The notes under the pieces: model-generated | Database searches by the model: none | What the model was told of the DNA's origin: nothing | The model's input: only the letters and a program-made list of their open reading frames with translations | From: the human T2T-CHM13v2.0 reference genome, Homo sapiens | DNA: 64,000 bases | NCBI RefSeq assembly: GCF_009914755.1 | Contig: NC_060929.1 | Strand: one strand, 5' to 3' | Part shown: positions 1 to 14,465 of the stretch, in pieces | How the letters are laid out: each line of letters starts with the position of its first letter | How positions within the stretch are numbered: the stretch's first letter is position 1 | Position numbers and translations under genes: made by a program

Positions 1-56
1 GACCTGCACTACAGAAATCATTTTTAACTCATTTTTGGGTATGATTGAGCAGTTGT

Positions 57-790
57 GTGATAAAGAATTTGGCCTTTGTCCCCAGTTTCTGGGAGGTAAC
101 CTCTAAATACTGGGAATCTCTTCAGTGATAGAAGTGTCTTTGTTATTCATGGTGGACTCTTTAGACCACATATGATGGTTTATGTAGAGGTGATTCAGGG
201 TGTACCTTTAGATAATTTGTGCTAAAGACGTGATTTAAGATGGGGACTGGTCATGCCAGAAAGATCAACCTTGTAAAGCTTAGAGCTTTGAGCCACATTA
301 TATCAGCCAGACATCTGGAGAGGGGAAGGAAGCTGGAGGATGCGCTCAATAGCATGCACAGTGATTTAGTCTATCATTCTTAGGTAATGAAAATCCAACA
401 AAAACTCTAGACATGGAAGCTTGAGTGAACTTCCTTGGTTGACAGTGCCGTATATTGTCATACATCGTGGTTCTAAGAGGGTAATGTGTACTGACTCCGC
501 AGGGAGGAAACAATGAAACGCCTGTAGTTACAATCTTCCCAGAATTTGCCCTACATGTCTCTTCCCTTGGCTGATTTTGATCTGTATGATTTTGCTATAA
601 TAATAAAACTGTAATCATAACTCTTTCTGAGTTCTGTGAATTGTTGTAGCAAATTATCAAACCTGAGCAGGTAGTGAGAGCCCCAGAATTTATAGCCAGC
701 TGATCAGAATTGAGGGTGGCCTTGGAGCATGTAGCTGGTGTCTGCAGTGAGGGTGCTCTTGTGGAGAACCACTTCTTCCTTAGGTGTGGA
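57..790 (+). mobile_element. MER21C-like solo LTR
   Basis: Starts near TGTGATAAAGAATTTGGCCTTTGTCCCCAG; internal motifs GTGATAGAAGTGTCTTTGTTATTCATGGTGG and TTCTGAGTTCTGTGAATTGTTGTAGCAAATTATCAAACCTGAG resemble recalled MER21 consensus; 3' boundary approximate. Confidence 0.65.
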
Positions 791-3426
791 CACGTGAAGT
801 TACGTGGATGTCTGTTTTCCTCAAATCCGTATATGGTTTGGTTTGACTGTCACTCTGAATAGAGTCAGGTGTACCCCAAGGAAGAGGCCCTGGGGTTGGC
901 AAAATACCTCTTTATGAATATTCATGTGCCTTGGCACTTCAAAAGGCTTGAAAAAAAAAGTGCTTCAGTGTTTGCAGGATGCTAGAATCACTTGCTGTAA
1001 AAATATTTACAGCTGTGCTTCAGTTTCCAGGTCTTTGAAAAGATGTTTCAGTAGTGTGGGTGCTGAGTAGCTTGTGTAAAATTTTTATTGTGAGCACCAC
1101 CTTTTCTGGGCACTGACTCCATTTACAAGTGTATCATTCCCCACTGTGAGCCAAGTTTACAGCCAAACCAAGGCAGAAAAACACCCTGGAATTCACATGC
1201 AGTTTTCATCCACAGATCCCAACCCAGGAGTCTGCCTGAACTACAATCCCCAGAATCACCCACTCCTTACCTGACCTCTAGAACTACTTACTGTTCCTCC
1301 ACTTGCAGGCATCTCAGTGTCATTAACACTCATCCCCTTGCCTTTTGCGTTCCACTTGACACTGACCTCCTCCATCAGCAGAATGAGATCTGTCATTTGG
1401 GATACACATTCTGTCCATTATGCGTAAATGTAATTTAGGTCCTTGCTGCCCAGGTTGAGTCTTAAGTCTTTCATGCAGTGAATGCACAGAAAATAGAATA
1501 AGCTGAAACTTGTTTGCTCCATTCTAAACAAAAATGTTTATGAGAAAAATAGTAAAGTGGTTTCACCAGTTTTCCTCAAGTAACAGTAATAATTTAAAAG
1601 TATTAAATATTACCAACTTCTGTTAGTGAATAAATTACAGTAACACCTTAAAACATAAGGTATACATAGTAGTCTAAGATTTAAAGGTATTAAACTTTTT
1701 TTTTGAGTTTAAACAGTATATAATCTCAGGACCTAACCTTGTTGTCTATAGTCATGTTTTTAATTATTTAAAAAATGTATCGGGTAAGTTACGTAAGGTT
1801 AAGTTGTATGAGGTTTAACTTTAAGTGATCACTTTTACTTTCAGTAAAATTTCATAAATATATTAATCAGAAAGGAAAGTAAAACTTAGAAGTATGCTAA
1901 TTGTCTTGTGCTTTGCGAAATAGATGGAATGAGACCACTTAGAATAGAATGAGGCTTTGTTCTTAATTGCTGTCAGGTGAATGATGTTACAATTTTGCAC
2001 ATAAAACAGAAATAACTTCACAGATTTCAAAGAAAAAAATATATTCTAAGGTTCAGAAAAATAAGGAGTTGGTTGTCTTTCCTCTGTTCCCAATATAGAG
2101 AAATAACAGCCATTGATGCAATGAAATTTTGCTGATGCAGTTCTCCTGCAAGTCAAGAAGCATAAATGATTCAAGGAGTTCCAGAATATGAAATTCATTT
2201 ATTCTTCCAAAATTATTTTATATATTTCTATTACCTAGAACTTTTTTTGGATTTGAAATAATAGAAAATGAATGATGTCAGATTAAGCACAATGGATACA
2301 GGGTCTCCTCCCAAGCTAGAGGCAGAAGAATTAGTGTGCAGGAAGGCCTCAAGCATGCCTGAGAAGCTGGTCTTTAACGTATCTCCTTCTCTTATTTTGC
2401 TGGTCACCTGCTCCATTATTCTTCCTCCGGATGGGCAACTGAATTTATACGGCAAAAGAGCCTATTCAGATTTCATGAGTTTACAAGTTAAACATCCAAA
2501 GGACGTGGGAAAAGTGATTCTAACATCAGTTGAAAATTCTGTGGGAAGAAGTTCTGACTGTTGCAATTTAGAATAGGTACCCACTCCTTGTCCAGTTAGG
2601 TGCAACTGTAGGATTGAGTAGAATCTCTCTGCAAATAAAATGGTCTGACCCTACCACTATACAAATGTTAGAAGCTGAACTCATACTCACTCTTTGAGGG
2701 AACTTCTGATAATTATGCCTGAGTATTGTATTATTATATGTATATAATTAGTAAATAAGTAACTATTATTTCATTGTAAGTAGAGTCAAGTGATTAATTA
2801 AATTTTCACTTTTCATATTTTAGCTATGTTGCCTCCAACCATCAATAAGTGATAACAAACAAAGGGGATTTGCAGTTAATTTTGTATAATCGTAGATTCC
2901 TATGGGGAAGCCAGAGTTCTTGCATGTTCTTTCTGTAATATGATTTCATTGAACCCTTTCTTCCTTGTAGCTCATTCTCTTCACATAATTTCAATCTGTG
3001 TCATCAGCTTATTTTCTTTCTCTTAGGATTAAAAATTATTTTAATAATAGGCTCCCAATTCCTCACAGCAACACAAATAAAATAAAGAGAAAAGAGGAGG
3101 TGAAGCAATCCCTAATGAAACAAAACATATATTTATGTTTACCTTTTCAGCACAATGTGTTGACAGGCTGGATGAATTAAAGTGTGCATTGGGGGAGGGG
3201 AAAGCTGCATTTTAGGCATTTTTCTAGATATTAACATTTAACATTTAGTTTCACTTCATTCTTTAAATATGTATAATTCCCATGCATATAAATACATTGG
3301 ATTTCATTTCATAGGTTTTCATTAGGAGGCCAATTTGTAAATGTAACCAATAAGCATTCAAATGATTGCTGAGACACTGAATTTTTTTAATTACTCATGT
3401 ATGTTGAGGAATTCTGATTTTTTTCT

Positions 3427-3870
3427 GTAGTTAGAATAGCTCTCCACAATATTAACTAACTAACTAAATAAATAAATAAAACAACCATTCAGTGGCTTAA
3501 CAAAACAAATTTATTTCTCATCCATTTAGCTGATATATGTAAGCATTCCTATCTAACGTGGGATTGTTTGCTTTCTATGCTGATTCAGGAACCAAGTTGC
3601 TTCCAGAGTAAAGTTCTCCAATCCACTCGATATTTATAATTCTCTGCCCTCAGTCCTCAATAGGAAAAAGATGCCTCCCTGGTCGACCTTCCTGGAAAGT
3701 ATGCATATCATTACTGCTTAGATTTTGTTGGAGAGAAATCACACTACCATCAAAGACAACGGGTCAAAAAGAATGCCGTCCTAAGCTGAGAAGCCATCTT
3801 CCTAACGACAGCCATGTAATATGAAAGGGAAAAACACACTGTTATTGAAGAACTTATCAGCTATGTCACA
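3427..3870 (-). mobile_element. Old MaLR LTR (MLT1I/J/K-like)
   Basis: CAGTGGCTTAACAAAACAAATTTATTTCTC near one end and ...TCAGCTATGTCACA at the other, typical of reverse-oriented MLT1 LTRs; highly diverged. Confidence 0.5.
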
Positions 3871-5039
3871 TCTTCCACACAAATACTCAGGAAAGTTAAA
3901 AGAAAATTTTACCTCGGACACAGTTGATGTACCTCAGTCTTGTACAAAACTTAGAACTCACTAAGTCTGAAATAAGACTTTAAACTCTCTCTGAGGTGAA
4001 GTTGTAATACAGTGAGAATGATAATATATAGTATATTAGGATTTACTTACTCCTGTGTTGTTCTGGACTATAGACTGCCACACATATCAGATGCACATGA
4101 CTGACATGTATATCTTCATTTTGCTATTATTTGTGGTGAACTAATACAGGATTTACTGTAAAAGTATAATAATGCAGTAGCAATATACTAATAAATCAAT
4201 GCAGTTAATATACAAGTGCTGCTTATAAGTTACTGTGTATTCATCAAAGCCACAGAATTTGCAAATGAAATAATCTATTACATAGTCTACAGCTTGTGAA
4301 ACTAAAATTGTTTAAATTTAAGTGCAAATTCATTAAAACTTCACTTAAACAAGCACTATTTCATATATAATAACATAGAGATCTTCTTTGCTCAATTCTA
4401 TATGAACACATTTCTACTCTGACTTTATAATTTTAATGTTCTGATGTTTTTATATTTATATTTTTATATATTTGTTCTTATATCTTGCCTTGTTATTACT
4501 ATGTTTACTATTGTTGAATTTACTAAATCTTTGACTGGGCTTATTTCAGTAGAAATACTTTTAGTTAATTGCAACCCACTAAGATTTTGGCTTCCAAACT
4601 ACAGTATTGAAAATGGTAAATAGACTGCTAGGGAGTGACATAGTAAAAACTCATTAAAAACGCTAATTAGCAAGCTGAATCGTTCTGACATACCCACTTT
4701 ACTAATCCACTAGCTAAATACACCATAAAAATGAGTCTGTATTGCAAGTGAGCAAATATCCAAAGGAAGGCCTTTTTGAGTTTCCAGATTACTTTCAATT
4801 AACTGAATGCTGAATAGTCTAGAGTATGATATGCTGTGTTATCAGAATTTTAATAGAAGTCCCTAAATGAGCCTTAGAGTCTAATCATACTATTTCCTTA
4901 ACTTATTTAGAGGATTCTTGATGAATCCTATGTTCTCTCTCACTCTTCCCCTTCCCCTCTTCAACCACTTAACCATTTTTACAGATTTTGGTACATTTAT
5001 AATAACATTTTTCACATTTCATCTTTCATTATATTTATA

Positions 5040-5130
5040 TACAAATATTATCAGTTCTACTAGATAGAAAGCTCTGTGAAGTCAAGGATTAAATTCTGTC
5101 TTCTTAGTTACCTATTAATGCCCTGTTTAG
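5040..5130 (+). mobile_element. L2 3'-end fragment
   Basis: CTACTAGATAGAAAGCTCTGTGAAGTCAAGGA resembles the L2 3' motif CTAGACTGTAAGCTCCATGAGGGCAGGGA. Confidence 0.4.
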
Positions 5131-5669
5131 TTTGAATTTGTACAGATACAGTACTATAGTATCTATACTGTGAGTGTTGAGTTTGTATAGATATTGTACT
5201 AGGACTTGGAAAAGTAGTTCTGGAAGTTGGAGATGGTATCTGATTAACAGTCAAGTTAAACACAACTCTTTCCTTTTATTTTCATTACTTCTGTATGTAT
5301 GAATGTGTGTGTGTGTGTCTGTGTAATTATATTCTTTTAAAATACAATAAATAGATTTCTTTATATTCAGTTAAAAACATGGACACAAAGTGGGGATTAC
5401 GTGTTCCTTAAAGTCTAGTTTTAATAAGCCTCAAGGACTCACTGATCGTCATTTCTTTTTATGTGTGATGCTTTAAATTACCAATGCATATTTTAAAGAC
5501 TGATTTTGGATACTTTCTAATTCCTCCTTAAATGGAAATTCCAATTTTTTATTTTTTCAGAGACATGAAATTCTCTTAGGTTTTCACCACATTAACACAG
5601 TTTCAAGGAGTTCTCTACTGAATATTCTGACCTGTACTCTGCACTTTAATGATCCTTGTATACACATTT

Positions 5670-6060
5670 GCTTACATAAGTTTCTTATTTCCAACTTTGT
5701 TGATTTGTCACTTCTGCCTTCCCTTTAATTTCTTGATTAGTTAGAACTTATAAGAAGTTTTTCTACGTTGTTGGTTTTTCCTCCCAAAACTTCAGTTTCA
5801 GCTTGCTTGTTTATTCTTCCCTCTCTCACTACCTCTCTCTCTTCTCCTCTGCTTCATATTCCTATATATTTATTTTTCTTTACATTTTCTTTTAGTTTAT
5901 GTTGTCATTTGACTAATAATTTTTATATACTTATTTCTAAATAAATACCTTAAAGCCTAGGACATTGTACTGAATATGTTTTTGTTTGCTACATGCCGCA
6001 GTTCTGATTTCGGATTACTGCATTTGGAGTCTAAATATCTTATAGTTCTAATTTGTTAGA
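5670..6060 (-). mobile_element. Ancient L1M ORF2 fragment
   Basis: T-rich diverged sequence (TTCTTGATTAGTTAG...TTGTTGGTTTTTC...CAAAAC) paralleling antisense L1 ORF2. Confidence 0.4.
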
Positions 6061-6251
6061 GGGCTAACATTTCTTCTGTATTTAAAGTTCCACCGGAAAT
6101 ATCTTTCATGATAAGAAAAATTCATAAAATTTTCTCTTCACTTTCCCTATTCATCTCTCCCTTGGAGGCTGAGTGTGTTCACTGATTGCTCTCCGATATC
6201 TACTTGTCCAGTATTCCTGATAGTAATGTATTAATCTCTAAGAAGCCTGAA

Positions 6252-6702
<451 letters not shown>

Positions 6703-6830
6703 TCATTAGTCTTTTGACTATAAATGTAAATCCATATTATATAAATGCATTTGTCAGTATTAAAGCATGCATCATAGTTTTAATGATCTGTCCCCCAATT
6801 TATTTTTTAATTTGCTTGTATTCTAGCAGG

Positions 6831-7163
6831 TGTCTTAGAAGGCTCCTGCTGCTATAACAAAATACCTGAGCAATTTATCAACAACAGAAATCCATTTTCT
6901 CAAAGTTGTAGAGATTGGGAAGTAAAAATTCAAAGTGCTGGCAGATTCAGTGTCTGGTGAAGTTTTGATCTTTGCTTCCAAGATGGAACTTGGTTGTTGT
7001 GCTCTCAGATGTCGAAAAGTGGAAGGGGCGAAAGGGTCTGGCCTGTTCCCTCGAGCCCTGATAATAATCACCACCTAAAAGCTCCAAGTCTTAATACTGT
7101 TACGTTAAGTCTGAGACTCCAACATATGAATTGTGAGCAGACACGTACATTCAAACCATAGCA
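6831..7163 (-). mobile_element. MaLR solo LTR (MSTD/MLT1A-like)
   Basis: TGTCTTAG...GCTGCTATAACAAAATACC...ACATTCAAACCATAGCA; 5-bp TSD GCAGG/GGAGG (1 mismatch). Confidence 0.8.
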
Positions 7164-7859
7164 GGAGGGGAAAAAGTATATAACAGAATAGTACCTTAAA
7201 ATTTTAACTTTTTAGTGAATTGGTCTGAAACCTCGAAGAAGAAAAATAAACAACGGACATGGAGCAATCTAAAGTCGTCCAAGTGGGTGGCTTCAAATTT
7301 TAATTTTAGTAAATACAGTCCAGGCAAGGTTTTGACAGCAGCAGTTCACTGAAGATTACTCTCGTTTTATCTCAATCATAGAGTTTATTTAGTAGGGAGA
7401 AGACTGATGTTTAATAGGTCACTGGCAAGCCTGGTAACTAAAACTATGATATCTTTTGCAACTGACCATTATCATTTATATAAGTTTATTTTTATTAAGC
7501 TGGCATGGCAGAAGCAAGGATATATAGAGAAGAAAAGAGTCTTTTAGAATACTGGTATTTTATATATTGAGGACTAGAAGTATGCATTGAAAATTTAGCC
7601 TAATTGTTTAAGAAGGTCTGAAGACTTAAATTTACTCTGAAAAGAACTAAGTTCCAAATGGACTGCAGGACACGCTGTGTGCACTTTTTCCTGTGCAGTA
7701 TTTAATGACATGCCTTAAACTTCCTTCCATTGAGTTTTGTTCTGTTTTCAGATCATGAGGGAAATTGTAGAAGGTTGTATCACTACTATTTATGTAAACT
7801 ACCCCTTGACATAATTGCCCATTGGAACCTAATTAAAAGAAGTCCCAACATTGTTACAC

Positions 7860-8310
7860 TATGCTAATTACAGAATCTCTGTGTTCAACCACCCATTGTT
7901 CTGACCACCTTTCTCTGACTCTCACCCAACTCAAGTCCTTTAATCTTGTTTACTCTGCCTAAATTCATGTTTTATCATAATAATTAATCTGCAGACATGC
8001 TCAATTCCTTTCCTCTTCCTTGCTGTTTATCTGCTTACCAGGAGCAAAACCCTACTTAAATACAATTCTTTACATTTTCATGCAACTGAAGAAACTGGAA
8101 AAAAAAATGCTTTTCTGACTGCTCTCATGAAATTCTTGACCATGTACCTCAGGTAGGATTTTACTGAACAAAAATCATACAGCATTATTCAATTCTAAAT
8201 AACCATTTCATATTTTTTCTTATCTTCTCAAATATCTAATACATTCTCCAATTGTACTATTTACTGTTGCACTGGACACTTTAAAGCAATCAGAAGAAAA
8301 TTTCCACAAT
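7860..8310 (+). mobile_element. L2 (L2a-like) internal fragment
   Basis: GCAAAACCCTACTTAAATACAA...CTGGAAAAA...CTGACTGCTCTCATGAAATTCTTGACCA...CCTCAGGT resembles diverged L2 ORF region. Confidence 0.5.
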
Positions 8311-8362
8311 GAATTTTTGTGTGGTCACTGTGAGTACTAAAATATACCTCTTTAAGGTTTCA

Positions 8363-8431
8363 CAATCTATCGTCAAACACAGTCTAATGCTTAACCAATC
8401 TATCTTCAAACATATTCTAATGCTTAACCAA
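8363..8431. repeat. 33-bp tandem duplication (2 copies)
   Basis: CAATCTATCGTCAAACACAGTCTAATGCTTAAC / CAATCTATCTTCAAACATATTCTAATGCTTAAC, 3 mismatches. Confidence 0.9.
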
Positions 8432-8559
8432 CAGATAAAAGTGTTACAAGGGAAAACCTTTAATACATTTTCTCTTTTCTGGCATAACTTCTAAAGTCAT
8501 TTATTTGATTTCTGTATATATAATATAAATCCCAGATCACATCAAAAATTATTCTTAAA

Positions 8560-10900
8560 ATATCTTTTATTTTGCATATATGTCATCATTACTCTTTTCC
8601 CCCAGTTTTTGTAATAGCCTGTTTCTATCAGATACCATTTCTCTGGTTTAAAAGAAAAAATATTAAAAAGCATGTTTTTATATTTTATTTCCTCTACAGC
8701 AGATCTGTTCAAGAAAAATTTTTCAGCTTGCCTAAAAATGTATTTGTTTTGACTTTGTTTATGAAAGACACTTTCACTAAAATTCTAGGCTGACTGTTTT
8801 TTTTCATAATTGTTATTATATCATGTCATTGTTTTCTGAGCTCTATTGTTCATTTGCTGCAGTGCAGAGATCTGTTATTTTCATTGCATTTCTCCTTATA
8901 CTGTTTTATTTTCTTCATCTAATGGCTTTTAAATGTTATATATTTTTTTCAATTTGAATAGAGTGTGCATAGGTGTGCTTTTTTCTGCACATATTCTGGT
9001 TGGAATGTGCTGAACTCTTTGAATATCTGGGTTGATATCACTAACCAATTAAAAATACTATAAAACATCATTTCTCAAATATTTTTAACATCAATTCATT
9101 ATATTTTATATTTTATCTGGGGCTCCAATAATATGTATATTAGACTGTGTGATATTGTCTCACAAATTTCAGATTATTCATCATTTTCTTCTTTATATAT
9201 TCTCTTTTTCCCTTTTGTAATTCAAACTGTGTATTTTCTACCTGTTTTCAACATTATTTATTATTATCTCTGCTAATGAGTCAACAAACAATGTATCTAT
9301 AATATAACACTTTTAGTTTTTTGGGTTTTTTTTTCTTTTTTTTTTTTTTGAGACCGAGTCTCTTTCTGTCTCCCAGTCTCCCTCTGTCACCCAGTGGTGC
9401 AATCTGGGCTCACTGCAACCTCCGCCTCCTGGGTTCAAGTAACTCTCCTGCTTCAGCCGCCTGAGTAGCTGGGACTATAGGCACATGCCACCACATCCGG
9501 CTAATTTTTTGTATTTTTTGTACAGATAGGGTTTCACCTTGTTAGCCAGGATGCTCTTGATCTCCTGACCTCGTGATGTAGCCGCCTCAGCCTCCCAAAG
9601 TGCTGGGATTACAGGCATGAGCCACCACACCCAGCCAACACTTTTAGTTTTGATAATTTTCATTTTGCTTTTATTAATTTTTAAATTTCACTTTTTCCCC
9701 TGTATGTAATGAATATTAATTCCCTTTATTGACTAGGTTTCTTAATGTATTTATCTTGTCTATCTGTAGTAATTCTAGAATTTGTTATCTCTCACTCTTG
9801 TTCTATTGACAGTTTCCTTTCTTGATGATATACCGTATAGTGCCTTGTTCCTTTGTGCTTTGTAATCTTTTGCTTAATTGGATGCCAGACATTTTGATCA
9901 TATAGTCTTACAAATGAAAGTAGGTTACATTTGTCCACAGAAAATTGTAGGCTTTCTCTTCTGTCAAGTTGAATACTTTTGAGGTAATCAAGTCTGCGTT
10001 GAAACAGTTTCGTTTATTATTATTTTGCTTTTGTGGGGTTCAATTAATTGCATACTTCAGGTTTTTTTGTGTTCAGGACCAGAAGCTTCTGTTTTTCAAA
10101 AAGTCATATTTCAATTAGCTCTTTCGGCTTTTAGCCTTCAGCTAGCCTGAGGCAACTGCAACCCTGGAGAGATCTCTGCCAACTTTCTTGCCCCTCATCC
10201 AGATGCAGGTATCCAGTGTTTAATACTCACTGTAAGACTAGGAGAGACTTTTTCACAGTCATTAGTGAGCCACAGACTCTGTCAACTCTCCTGTGTGTAT
10301 TGAGCACAGACTTATCCACTATTTCCCCAACTGTAAAGGGTGGCTGCCTTGGACACAGTTAAAGCCTGAGGTGCTTATAGTGTTCATCTCTGTTTTCCAA
10401 ACTTGCCCTAATATTTCTGCAGGCCTGATACATCTATACCACACAGGGTAGTATCTCCAGGTGTTTTGCTCTGCCTACAATCTGTCTGTGAATATATCCT
10501 GTCTTTAAATCTATGCCTGTAGAGAGTGCTCCTTCTTATGCTAGCCATCATTTTGCCTTTAAAAGAGTCATAAAAAGAATTCTCATTTTCTGTCTTCTTA
10601 CCCAGGTCTGTTCTTTTTACATCTATTGCTCTATAAGGATAAAAGCAACTATGAGCCTCTTTGTGGGCAAGAGGTATTTATCAAATTGTACTTTAGTTCA
10701 TTGGGTATTTTTGTGACATGAGTTCTTATATGCTTTTAAAAATTTGTTGGTTTTCTACTTATTATTGTCAGAGAGGATTCATAATTATCTTCCACATGAT
10801 AGGTAGAAGCAGCTTTTCTCTTTGCTTAAATTGCAATAAAATCCTTGGAATTATGTTGGAATGCACTAATTTGTGTCTACTTGACGTTTCAAATCCTTAA
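8560..10900 (-). mobile_element. Ancient L1M (ORF1/5' region), interrupted by an Alu
   Basis: CTAAAAATGTATTTGTTTTGACTTTGTTTATGAAAGACACTTTCACT...AATTCTAGGCTGAC and ATCTGGGGCTCCAATAATATGTATATTAGAC parallel antisense L1 ORF1; boundaries approximate. Confidence 0.55.
9321..9636 (-). mobile_element. AluSc8-like SINE with internal duplication/deletion
   Basis: Antisense Alu; perfect 15-bp TSD AACACTTTTAGTTTT at 9306-9320 and 9637-9651. Confidence 0.95.
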
Positions 10901-13900
10901 TAGTATGTATTATTTAGATCTTATCCAAGATTTCTAATTTGTAAAATTTTTAAAATACTTAGAACTGACTCGTAATAGCTGTACCTATTTTTGTTTCATA
11001 TTTTTTGTCTATATATTTTAAAATAAAGATCTTAATTTTATTCCTGTAAATATCTTGAATATTCTTAGTATATTTCATGTTGTTAAGTAACATTTTTTTC
11101 TGTTGTGAATTTGTATTTTAATTATAAAATGTATTGGTTATCTTTCTTAGGTTTATCACCTAATTTTAGATTTTTTTTGTTATTTTGGACTTCTCTCTCT
11201 TTTGCATACTCTTGCGCGCTCTCTCTCTCATCCCTGCTTTTCCCTCCTTTCTCCCTATGATTCTCTCTCTTAAATTTGACCTGTGAGGCTTGATCCAGGT
11301 TCTCATCCAGGTATGGAATGGGTTTAGTCCATGTTTTGCTGCAGGAGTCAAATTTTTGCCATCTGCCTATGGAACTAAAACTCCTTTAGACAATAGGATA
11401 AGTATGTTCGCTTATTTTTTTATTGTTGCTCTCTTTTCATGTTGATTTATTGGTGGTGGTTTTAATTTTAGTTGTAGATGTGTATTCATTTTATAAGCCC
11501 AGTTTTGTAACTTTTGTTTTGCCTACTGTCCATTGATGTATTTGCAGCAAATGTGATTGTTGATGTGTAAATTCACTATACCACCTTGGCTGTACAAACC
11601 ACCCCTCTATTTTTAACTATTTTTTTTTTTCAAGAAGCTCAACACAGATTTCCTAGCACAATTTGTTATCAATAGTGTTAAAAATACATATATATGATAA
11701 TCATAGAGCCCAAACCTAATGCTATAATGTTGTAGAAAGGCCAAGGCTCATGGAAAAGCAGAGTAAATGAATGCTGATTACACAATGTGTTTGCTCTTCT
11801 CTTTGCCTTTCTCTTCACTGTGGCAGTAAGCAAGAGAATGTGAAAAAAAAATACTAGTTAAACTCTTTGACTTCTATTAGCCTTTTTGCCTTCATGCTAC
11901 TACTTAGTGTCTCCTGGATAATTTAGAAAACTTCTGCTTAATAACTATAGTGAAATTGGCTTTATAATTTCCTGAGGCTTCCATTAGGTGGAGGCAGCAA
12001 TTTAGAAACTCTCATGGATAACATAAAACAGCTAAGTGCTGGTGCAAGACATTAAAACACAAAAGGCTTAAGCTGAAAAAAAGGGCTTTAAACTAAAGCT
12101 TATAAAATATTGGTGGGCTTTTCAAGTTTATATTCAAATAGTTAATGGCAGGGACTGTCTTCTCACTTTCATCAAATTTTATTTCAAATTTCCCTTAATG
12201 TGTAGTTCTTCAGTAGCCTGAAATTCAAGCCAAAAGCCCTTTACTATTTGAGTACAATTTCCTAATCTTTGTAATTTAACTGTTTGAATAATTTTATATG
12301 TCCTTTAGACTCCAAAAAGAGATTGCAAGCCACAGGACATGCTTTGTTTTAAACCAGCAGCTTAGTCTTTCTGGCTCTCTGAGACACGATGGGCACTGAT
12401 ATTGCAAGCTGGCTTAATGAATGAAGCCTTTGAATGAATGTCCAGAAGAAGCTAGGAAGTTTTTGTTAAAGTATCTGCTTTTGCTTTTTGAATCCCATTT
12501 GCTGCTGTTTTGGCTGTTTAATATTTCTGAGATCTGTGTAACAATGATCCTGACTTTCTTGAACCAGTAAAAGAAATTCATTTCTTATAATGAGAATATT
12601 TGTTTCTACCTAGGATTGCTAAAGTCCTATTGCATGCTTTAAGATGCCTTGCGTTTGGTGAATTGAAGCCTGATATGTCAACATACTCTCTGTAAACACA
12701 GCAGCACAGAGGGCAAAGAAACACTTATCCAGCACCACAGCTAGGACAAAAGGAATTATTTTGACAGTAAATGGACTTGCAGCTTAAGTTAAGTGCATTA
12801 ATATTGGGATGGTATTAACTATACAAAATTGTTTCTAAGCAAAGGTGACCAGATGTCCTAATTTGACTGATTGATTTGTTTGCTTAGTTAAATACCCTTG
12901 TAACTTGATTGTTTATAGATGTTTGCCTACTCTTATTTTTATCAATCTGCTAAGTGCTATGCATAGAAAAGTATATATTTGAAATTAACTATTTTTCATT
13001 ACAATATTCTAGCTTATGTGCTTATTTTTCATAAACTATTTATCTAGTAATCACCATGAAATCAAATGGTTATTTGTAGTGGGATGGTTCTAAAAATATT
13101 AATGTGATATTTTATTTCTGATAGTATTTAATAAGACAAGTCCTAAATTTAAAACCATGTATTTCTTTATAGACAAATCTTTCTCTTTACTCACCAACTC
13201 TTTCTACTCTTTTGTGGTAGAACTTTTTGTCACCATTTTATTAGCTCAGATTGTGAGCAAAGACACATTAAAATGGATAGAGAAGTTGATGTCACAATTG
13301 CTAAACTGATTAAAATAACTGAATAATGATTTTAATTTACTCATTTTGGTTAAACCAAAAATACTTGTCTCTACCATCAAAAAAATGCAAAAGTCCATGT
13401 TTTGGAGCATGTTAATGAAATATATAATTTTTAAAATAAACAACATCAACAGTTGTCAAAAATTAAAGCGATAAAAATATAGATTTCATCTCTTGGCAGG
13501 GTAAAGTCTTCATGTTAGTTGAATAGTAAATGTTACTCTTTCAAATTAAGATGTCTCTACCAAATGGGGCATTTAATAAGAACTGACAATTTGGATCCAA
13601 ATTTATTGTTCTGTGACCATATTAAATTGAGAAATACAGAAGTGTACACATATTAAAAATGTACACTATATGATTCCCAATTTAAGAAAAACTAAAGACA
13701 AACTATAAAATACATAGATCAACCACATGTTTTATTCATATTACTTAGCATACTTCAAATGAAGTTTCAAAACTCTACATTGTTTGTGTCATGTTAATAA
13801 ACCATACTATCTTGAATAATCATGAAATAAAATTAATTGAAATAATTCAACTAGTATGATAAGTGTGTATTTAATTAAGTCAATTGCAAGCATAATAAAG

Positions 13901-14152
13901 AAAAACAATAAAAAATCACAATTTTTATTCAGTTAGAGGTTGTAGTATTTGTCCCCAAAGGAAAATTAATCTATTCATAGTTGCCTTAATATTGGGGATA
14001 GTATTCTCAAACATTTTTAGGTGTACAAACTATGACTTTTTGTTTATCTAATTTAAAGTTATCAAATTTACAGCAAATGTACTTTGGAATATAAACTCTC
14101 CTTCAATAATACAATCCAAAAAACAAAGACTTATTTCTGAAATATACTATTA

Positions 14153-14465
<313 letters not shown>

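Noticed and set aside
2268-2576. 102-aa ORF in non-repeat sequence as a protein-coding gene
   Set aside because: No recognisable domain or exon structure; ORFs this long occur by chance
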